The translations under genes and the position numbers were made by a program. Under the pieces are notes generated by a model. That model did no database searches, was not told the DNA's origin, and saw only the letters and a list, made by a program, of their open reading frames with translations. From NCBI GenBank assembly GCA_018398765.1, contig JAHBMJ010000174.1, positions 1-55,068 on the forward strand: a stretch of 55,068 bases of DNA, given 5' to 3'. How positions within the stretch are numbered: position 1 is the stretch's first letter; each line of letters opens with the position of its first letter. The DNA comes from Chromera velia (Eukaryota). Of the stretch, positions 46,591-55,068 are shown one piece after another.

Positions 46591-49500
46591 ATGAAGACAA
46601 TCATGCGAGAGAAGCAGTCTGGCTTTCGTTTCCTCGAGATCCGACAGGAAATGCGTCAGTCTGCCTGATCATGTCCAGCCTACAGTGTCACCTTTGTGAC
46701 TTCCAACTACACATTTGGAGGCATGTCAGGGATCTTATACATAGAGCACCCTTGCACGCACCCCCTTCTGTCTTTGATTGCAGGAAGTGCGGTGCAAAAC
46801 TACAGAGAGACCCAACGCAGCCAGGAAGGTGCCAGAAGGACCTCTCTGCCTAAACCGAACGTGACAGGGCAACCCAACGAAAGGTTCGCACAAAGAAAGC
46901 AACACACTCCTGCTGACAGCAAGCCGACCGCACCGTTGCACACCCTGAAGACAGACAGGCCTCTGTCCACCGACAATGCCCCGGGTCTAGGCCCCTCAGA
47001 CCCCTCCAACGTGGGCAACAAGCCTTGGAGCAACGACCTTCGGGGTCTCAGGAAGACGGCAGCTGTGGACACCGCCCACGGCGCTCCTCGTCTCTCCTAT
47101 CGCAACAGCAAACCCCACACACCCCAGGACCTTCCTCTTCATCTGCCTGAAAAGCAAGTCAGAAATCCAAAACAGAGAGACCGGAAGACCTACGAAAGAG
47201 AAAAAGAGCCACCGTCACCGTCCCAACACAACAGGATCAGTCTAAGGATCACGTCCCCTCGCGATCTCTCAGAAGGCCAATACACCCACAGACACCTCAC
47301 AGTCTCTGTGTCCCGATCCCGATCCCCCTCTCCAACCGCCCGAAGAAAGCAACAGCTTCTCTCAGAGGTCCACACAGACACGGACAGCCCAGAGAGGTCC
47401 GTCTACCGCTCTCCTCACAATCACACCTACACCTCGGCTGACTGTGTCTCCTCCCACACGCCTCCCACACATTCCCCCCATGCAAACAACGAGGAGCCCA
47501 TCTACATTGTCCTCCCAGGAGCTCTAGAGGACGGCATCAAACGGCAGGCAAAGGCCACCCACAGCCATGCGAGGAGACAGGCAGACAGCCACAGCACCAG
47601 GAGAAGAAGAGGAAGAAGGAGAGAAAGGGGACACCACCCCGTTTCCTCTCGCTCCGTCTCTTCCGGTGCGTTCCACTCCCGGGCCGTGGACGCCTTCTGG
47701 GAAGACGTGGGTCCAATCCCCTCCCTCACGTATCTGTCTTTGCGTCTCGGAGACAACGGGGAGCTTCCACGAGACACCACACAGACGGAGACGGAAGTCC
47801 CCATTGCCCCCCCCATCCCCAAAATTGAGGAGGTGCCGCCTGAAAGTCCAAGCAAGAGGAAGACGCTTGTGGCAGGTAGTCTACCTCCCCATCCTTCAGA
47901 GAAACAAAGAAAGAAAGTCATAAAAGGGACTGGTGCAAGGGACACACAGCGTGCAGGAGAGGAGGAGGGGGAAAGGTCGGTAAGAGAGGACAGAGAGAAA
48001 TTGCCATGCAAGCGCAGCGCCACGTCACCCTCCTTGAAGAGTCCATGTCCTTTGAGCGGAAGCGAAGCTCTCCAATCTCCAGGAGGCCCGTTAGCCAGCC
48101 AGCCTGTTAGAGTCACACCTAGCCCCTCTTCAGTCCCACTCTCTTCCTCCCTCCCCCCCAATCTGAAACTCGCATTCGATCCCCCTCCTCCTCAAACCGT
48201 TGAGGAGGCCGAAAGGGAACTGAGGGAAGAATTCCTCACCCCCCTCTCCACAGCGAGGGACCACAACCCCCTCAACGCTGAGAAAGAAAAAGAAAAAGAA
48301 AGAGCGAGACCCCCACCTGCCCCCTTCCCGGTGACAACAGAAGAAGGTATCCCCCTTTCTCTCCACACTCACCCCCCACCCCACGCCCCCTTCCCTCCAC
48401 GTGCCCGGTCTCTCTCTGTTGGTCGCATCATGCGTCTGGACTCTTCCTCCCTATCTTCCTCCTCACACGTCCTCTGCCCTCTCTCGTCTCTTCCACAGAG
48501 ACGCCACTTCTCCACAGGGAATGCGCCCCCCCTCCTGGTGCCCTTCGAATGCCAAGAAGGGGACCGGGGCCCACTCCACCCCCACACTGCTGGGGATGCC
48601 GGGGCCCCCTCGGACCCCTTTGCCCGCATTCCTGCCTTCGCGTCTCTTTTGGCGGCCGCGCGCGTCTCTCCGCCGAAAGACAAAGAGCAAGGTAGCAGTA
48701 AACAGAAAGAAACAGACATAGGGGTTTCGAAAAGCAAACCAGAGGACAAAGACAGAGACCAGCAAGAGGAAAAGGGTAAAGGTAGACCCTTGACTGCAGA
48801 AAAGAGCGTGGCAGAGGACTGTGAGACTGGCACAGAGAGGCAGAAGGAGTCAAAGAAGGAAAAACCAACTCAAGCCCCAACCCCTCGTCCTCCAGCCGAA
48901 GCAGAGGAGACAGACCTCCAGGCTCTTTCAAGGAAGGTTGGCCTTCTGCACGATTTGATTGGCCGTCTCTTTCAGGCAGAAGGAGAGGGAGGGGATTCTG
49001 CAGATGCCTCTCTGCAGATGGTGGCACAGACGGGAGGACCGGACTCCCCAGACGGTTCTAAGGCCCCATCTGCGTCTCTGTTGGGTGCCCTCTCTCAGGG
49101 CCTCCGCCTCCCTCTCCAGAAGCCATGCAGGGGAAGGCAAATGGAGGCGCCCACAGACGCCACCCCTTCGATGTCTGTGAGGGGAAATGAGGGAATGATG
49201 GAGGTGATCGGGACATCCCCTCTTAGTGGGGAGGTGCAGGGAAAGGAGAGGGATGAGCCGAGAGAGGGACAGCGTCTGTCTGCAGACTCCACTCTGCCCC
49301 CCGTCTCCCCCTACCTGCCTGGTCTTTTATCCCCCGCTGAGGCACAGGGACTAGGTGACGCTGAGGGGGGGGCCTCTGCGTCTGCTTCCGCAGCGTCTGC
49401 TGGGGGGTCGTCCTCTCTGATGAGAGCAAGGGGGGGCCCTTTCGCTTCACCTGCCTCCTTTCCTCTGGGAGTTTTCAGCAGGGAAGAGGAAGAGCTGTTC

Positions 49501-52500
49501 ATCAGCGGCACAGATGGAGAGAGAGACAGGGAGAGAGAGAGAAGGGCCTTCCCCGGCTTACAGGGATCTTTCCAAACTGCCCAGTCTCCGTCTCCCTCCC
49601 CGTCTCTGTCTGGACAGAAAAGCGCTTCCTCTTCTTCGAGTCCAAAGGCCCAGAAGGGAAGAGACGCACAGAAAGGAAGAGTTAGAGACGGCAGCGCATC
49701 TCTAAGCACGCCCCGAAAGGAGGCGGGAGGAGAAGGAGACAAGAGAGCAACATCACCAGAGTCTCCTCTTCTCCAAGCCCTCACCGCCCCATCACGTGAC
49801 CGCAGCAGAGGGAGGGGAGACTGCAGCGACGCCACGGCGCCGCTTTCTGTTTCTGTCGGCGTGTCTGCGCACAATACGCTGAAGAACACAACAAGCGCCA
49901 ACTTCTGCTCCCAGCAGCAAACTCTGCCAGGACACTTCCAAGGAGGCCAGTTGGAAGTGATGGAAAGAGAAAGAGAGACGGAGACGGAGGGAGAACAGCA
50001 AGCCTCTCTTGTTCAGATTCAAAAGGAGATGGGGGATGAATCAGGGAGAGAGGGCAACAGCCTGGGTGGGCACTCTCTATCAGGAGCAACGAAGCAGAAG
50101 GGAAGCGGTCCCTCTCCCTCTCAGTCCCCTCGCCCTTTTGATTCTGGTCCACACGCTCCTTTGCCCAAACTCACCCCCCCCGAATCACCAGCAGGAGGAG
50201 TGGTGGGAGGAATACAGGAGAGATCGGAGGACAGAGAAGGGAGGGGGCGCAGTTTGTCTCCAAGTCCCAAAACTCAAAGCAGAAGAAACCCCGGGAAGGG
50301 AACGTCCCCTTCTCCTTCTGCAAATGGCACAAACGATGCAGCAGGAGGAGGAGGAGGAAGGGAATGCGAGAGTGAGGGTGACGGTTCAGGTTGGGGTCCA
50401 GGGGGGGATCGGGGTGCTGTTCGGAGGACGGGGGCAGGTCCTTCGAATGGCACCCAAAAGGCATCTCAGCAAACACGAAGAACGCAAAAGGGAAAGGATG
50501 GAAAGGGAGACCCCGGGGTTCTTGGTGCTGATGATGCAGAGGCCGAGGACAGGGGAAGCTACGACGATCGGAGTGACATTGAGTGGTTGGAAGCTCTGAT
50601 CGGTGCAGAGGAGGCAGAAGATGACTCGGAGGAAGGGGAGATTGAGGAAGAGATTGAAGGAGAAGAGGAAGAAGGTCTCCATGACACAGACGAGGCCCCC
50701 ACACTGCCCCCCCCTTCCCTGGTAGGCCGCCCTTCACCTTCCTCGTCTAATGAGGACAGAGAGAGAGACAGAGATGGGGATAGAGTTAGAAGGCGAGACA
50801 AAGAAAGAGGCATAAGAGAAAGAGACAGCGAAGGTATTGTGAAACCTTCCAGTCCGACTAGAGGGAAAGGAGAGGAGGGAAGGGGGGGGCCCAAGGGTTC
50901 CGGTGAGGATCCCGGTTTTCTCTCCAACCACTCGACAGAGGGCTCGGCAGATAGAGTGCTTGGGAAGGGGCGTGAGAAGAAGGACAAAGGACCGTCACGT
51001 TGGGAGAGAGGCGAAAAATTGGTGGCGCAGATGAAGTCTGCTCAAGAAAGGCGGTTGTCTGCTTTGGGTCTTCTGTCGAAAGATCGAAAGAAGGAAGGGA
51101 GGGGTGCCGGCAAAAAGAAAGGGAAAAAGAAAAAGAAGTTGCAAAAAGAAAAAGGTGAAGATGACCTGATGGTGTCTAAAACAAACGAAGCAACAGAAGG
51201 TCCAGACGGTCCCCAGAGATCCAGCGCCGCCGCACTTCCTCAGACAAGAGGCCGAAGAAGTAATCGTCCCTCAGGGGGGGGTCAGCCTTCCTCCTCTTCT
51301 TCTTCCAGTTCCTCCTCTTCTTTTTTTTCCGATCATTCCTTTGGATCTGATGAGGATGGAAGTGATCAAGGGCAGGTTGATGACTTCAGCACTCACTCTG
51401 AGAACCAAACAAGGTCAGGGGCTTCTTCTGTCGTCTCCCCCCTACCGTCTCCCGATGCAATGGTAAGTCAACATAACGACTGTGACAAATGGGACGACCC
51501 CCCAGGTTCTCTTCCCGATGAAGACCATTCCCTTTCCCTTCTCCCAGCCCCAGCTGCGGCAGGGGTCTCTGGAGACAATCCTTATCCTTCGTCTTCTCCT
51601 TCTATGGTAAAGGGCCGGACTGATGTGCACACAGGCAATGCCAGAAGAAACCTTCCCCAACAGGCAGAGAGGGAACCAGAAAGCCATCCAAACCGAAGGC
51701 AAAGAGACAGAGACAGCAAAGGTGCCAGAGACGGAGACGGCTCAATCACCAAACCAGCCAACAGAAAGAAGTGTCAGTGTCCCTACTGTGGAAGCGCCGC
51801 AGGTTCCTCCCCCAGCCCCAACCCTTTCAACTCCTCCCCTTTCCCCCACCCCGTCACTGCCCCACCAGGAGACGCTTCTGTTTCCCCAAATGCCTCAAGA
51901 CCCCCCCCACACACACAACAAAAACCATCTGCCGTCTCCCCTACCCCCTCTCAAGCCAACCACCCCACAGCACACCCAGAGACCCGCGCCGGATTCCCTC
52001 CTCGCGTTTCTGCTAGTCACTCTCATTCCCCCAAAGACCATCCAGGCACGACAATAAAAAAGGACAAAGAAGACGAAGAAGAACTCCCAGCTGCCCCCCC
52101 ATGTCCCCACCCCACCCCCTCATCCTGTGCTGTCATCACTCAGACCCACACCCAAAACGTTCAAAGTGGAACGACGCCACTGCCGAACCCCTCCACGATC
52201 AGCTCCACTCTCCAGACGCTCCTCAAGCAGGTCGAGAACGAGAGTGCAGCCATTGAGCAGAAGAAGCACAGACAGCCCCTTCCCCTACAACCAGGAGAGA
52301 GACACAGCGGCCCACTGCCCCTTCAAACAGCAGTCTGGGGAGGGGGAGCCGACAACGACCAACACCATCAGCCCGGAGCTTCCGATTCCCCCTGCCGTCT
52401 CCTTGAATCTTTCCCTGTGCCAGCAGAAAAATCCATCCCTTTCCGAGAGGGGGTGCCTCCTGTGCACGCTCAACAAGCCCCCCTACCCAAGAGCAGGTCT

Positions 52501-52902
52501 GTCTCTGCCGCACAGTCGACCAGACCGGGCCGGCATCTAGGAGCTGCCCCTTCGACTCTTCTCATGCGCACTGCCCCCGCTGCCCTCCCCGACCAGTCCA
52601 GGAAGGGGGAGGAGACGTTGAGTTCCAAGACCCAGAGCATGATAGAGGACTGGAGACACTTCATTTTGCATCATGGGTCAGTCTAAAGAAGGCAAGCAAC
52701 AGAACAGGGGGGTTTGATAGGCGGATGGGAACTTCAAATCCGCTTTGTCTTCTTATTCATACATTCTGCGCTGAATGTGTATGAATCCGAATATGAGGGT
52801 AAATGAGAGAGGCAGCAAGTGAGTCAGTGACTGAGTAAGTTTTTGTGTGTTTATATATCTGTATGTTTACATAAATACACATCTATATGTACATGCAAGT
52901 GC

Positions 52903-52939
<37 letters not shown>

Positions 52940-54438
52940 AGGAGGGAGAGAGGGAGGGAGGGAGGGAGAGAGGGAAAGTCAGAGTCGGAGAAGCGCCTCC
53001 ACACCACTCTTCCAGACGTGCGTACTCGTCCATGTGAGGCAGGAAGGTTTCTGTGTGCTGCCCAACTCGCACTCAATTAAGAATTCCAGTTCTCTGCTTT
53101 CCTTTCTTGAAAGATGCACTTTTTTAAAAATAGGGTGAATTTGTGAATGAAAAACAACTGTCGGTTCTCCATGTGTGTGCAGGCACCATCCCAGATTTAG
53201 GCGATACATGCGGAACGTTCAGTTGAGGAGCAAACGCACGCCCCCCGCCTCTGCCGCTCGAAGGGACCAAGCACAATCCCAGGCAGGCGGCCTCTCTCTC
53301 TTCTCTCTCCAAACTGCAGAGAGAGGAAGAGGAAGAGAACAGGCGGGTGAGGCAGTGGAGGGAAGGTCAGGCAGCCGATCTCTTTCTCTCTCCTTCACTC
53401 CAGGGGGCTGTGTCTGGACCACACAGGAAGGAGCACAGCAACTGCAACAAACAGTGGAGCCTGGGTCTCACACGATGCTGCCGGGGCCCTCTGCTCCTGT
53501 CCCTTCGACAGTTTTGCCGGGGTCTTTCTCCACACCGCAACAAAGGACCGCTCCCTCTCCCCCTTCTGCTGTATTGCAGAACCCCGACCCCGCCCTCTGC
53601 TCTCTAAACACAGGAGGCTTCCCATCCGTCTCCGTCTCCACCCCCCCCTCTCCTGTCCTCCGAATGGTTTCTCATGGGTCTGTCAGACTCCACGCCGCTA
53701 CGGGTGGACCCACAAGGCAGAATTTTGCACAGTCTTCCAACCCCTTTGCACCCCAAACAACTCACACCTCAACCGGACCCGGATGTGAAGGCCAGTGCCC
53801 TGTCCATTCAATAGCCCCCACACGCCAGCCTCCTCTCACTTCTGCCATCAACCGTCTCGGCCTCACTGCAGAACCCCCACACCTCCTAAGCCCTCCCCGG
53901 AGCCCCGCCGCCCGTCCCCCGAGTCCCGTCAGGGAAGATCTGCGTCTCATTCAAATGAGCAGAAGCGGAGGCGCACCAGTGCACCACAACGACGCCATTG
54001 CAACGCAGAGACCTGCACCCGAACCCTCCCGCCTCCATCCCCCCCAGTCTGCCCTCAAGTACCCCCCCCCAGTCGCCCTCTCCTTCCCCTCAGAGGTCAC
54101 GGGGAGCCCCCCCCGCAACCGCCAACCCTTTTCGCACACACGCAGCCGCAGCAGGGACAGGGACAGACAGCGCACGCCCCCAGGCAGGCCCCCAATGCCC
54201 TTCTCGGCAGCCCCCCCACAGTTCCCCCCCCGTGTCTCTGGAGCGTCATATACCCCTGGGAGAGAGAGGGAAGCACCGTCAAGGTCCAGGTCGAGGACGC
54301 CCAGGCCGCCAGGTGCAGGGGGGAGAGAGAGAAGTTCAGGGACGAGGGGAGGGACGGGAAACAACAACAAGGCACTCATCCGCACCGCCCTCTGCAGAGG
54401 CTGTCTTCCAGGTCAGTCAGTCAGTCAGTCAGTCAGTC

Positions 54439-54476
<38 letters not shown>

Positions 54477-55032
54477 GAGTCGAGAGCAAGGGTGGCAAAA
54501 GAGCTCGATCGAAGCATTTCTGTCCTTCAAAGTTGTGTATGCACGTGTGCAGGCGTGCTAGAGCCTGTACTCATATTTTCGTGAAAGTGGGACACAAAAT
54601 CCACATGAGCGTGTGCATCAGCTCATGTTTCTCTTTCAACCTAAAGAGCGGCTGTCTTCCCGCTAATCCACGCACTTCTTCCCTTCCCTTCCCTCCCCTT
54701 ATTCTTCTTTAATTCTCTCTCCACGCATTGCAGGTGAGATCAACCGGAAGGAGAGGACGCGTGTGATGGCTGCATTGGAATCTTCCAGCCTCAAACCTCT
54801 GGACTCCCTTCTCATCCTTCTGAAGGGCTCCTTGCAGGATTTTGACGTCCACACAGCCTCCCTCTCCCTCGGCAGTCCATTCCCACTCCGGCCAGAGGAC
54901 CCCCTGTCCCCCCACCCCCCCCAGTGCCTCCCGCATGGGCCCACCATGGGCGCACGCAGAGGGGCGACGGACGGGCGGTTCGACTTCCGGGGTCTCTACT
55001 TCTTCGACAGGGACACCGACACGTATCGACTG
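46591..55032 (+). CDS. Very large disordered protein with a C-terminal CKK (CAMSAP/Patronin) microtubule-binding domain, 3'-partial; exons 46591-46654, 46784-52676, 53183-54411, 54734-55032
   Basis: A 5.9-kb open exon of S/P/E/R low complexity. The spliced end reads NNKALIRTALCRGCLPGEINRKERTRVMAALE...LLILLK...FRGLYFFDRDTDTYRL, paralleling CKK SNKxIIxNAIxxCCLAGKVN...ILEELE...IILFR...FRALY. The last exon is absent from the ORF track. Start codon tentative. Confidence 0.8.
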
Positions 55033-55068
55033 GTCAGTAAGAGAACTCATGCGAGGGAGGGGGGGGGG

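Noticed and set aside
46735..54712. Many overlapping and antisense ORFs over the giant exon and other GC-rich exons
   Set aside because: They are shadows of stop-poor coding sequence with no independent motifs.

Overview
Eukaryotic, intron-rich nuclear DNA with GT-AG introns, many microsatellites and two N gaps. A red-lineage-type light-harvesting protein with a bipartite plastid leader plus dense TGCATG(CA) motifs suggest a photosynthetic alveolate such as Chromera (inference). I spliced the gene models by hand, checking intron phases. In order: a degenerate hypothetical gene (261-3859 +), an AEC/permease-type transporter (-), a 13-exon KCBP-like kinesin-14 (+), an LHC protein (-), an SRSF3/7-like SR protein (+), a PSI-repeat type I membrane protein (+), a membrane-anchored CAP/SCP protein (-), and a very large disordered protein ending in a CKK (CAMSAP/Patronin) domain that runs off the window (+). 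Mobile DNA: a 611-bp foldback/MITE-like element and a 3.65-kb non-autonomous LTR element. The most unusual signal is a recurring structure of a ~46-52 bp direct duplication split by a 44-62 bp AT-rich filler. At three unrelated loci the filler carries versions of the same motif, TTTTCATACAGAAA, hinting at an undescribed templated-insertion process. A CpA>TpA-biased mutation pattern in duplicated DNA is the second notable signal.
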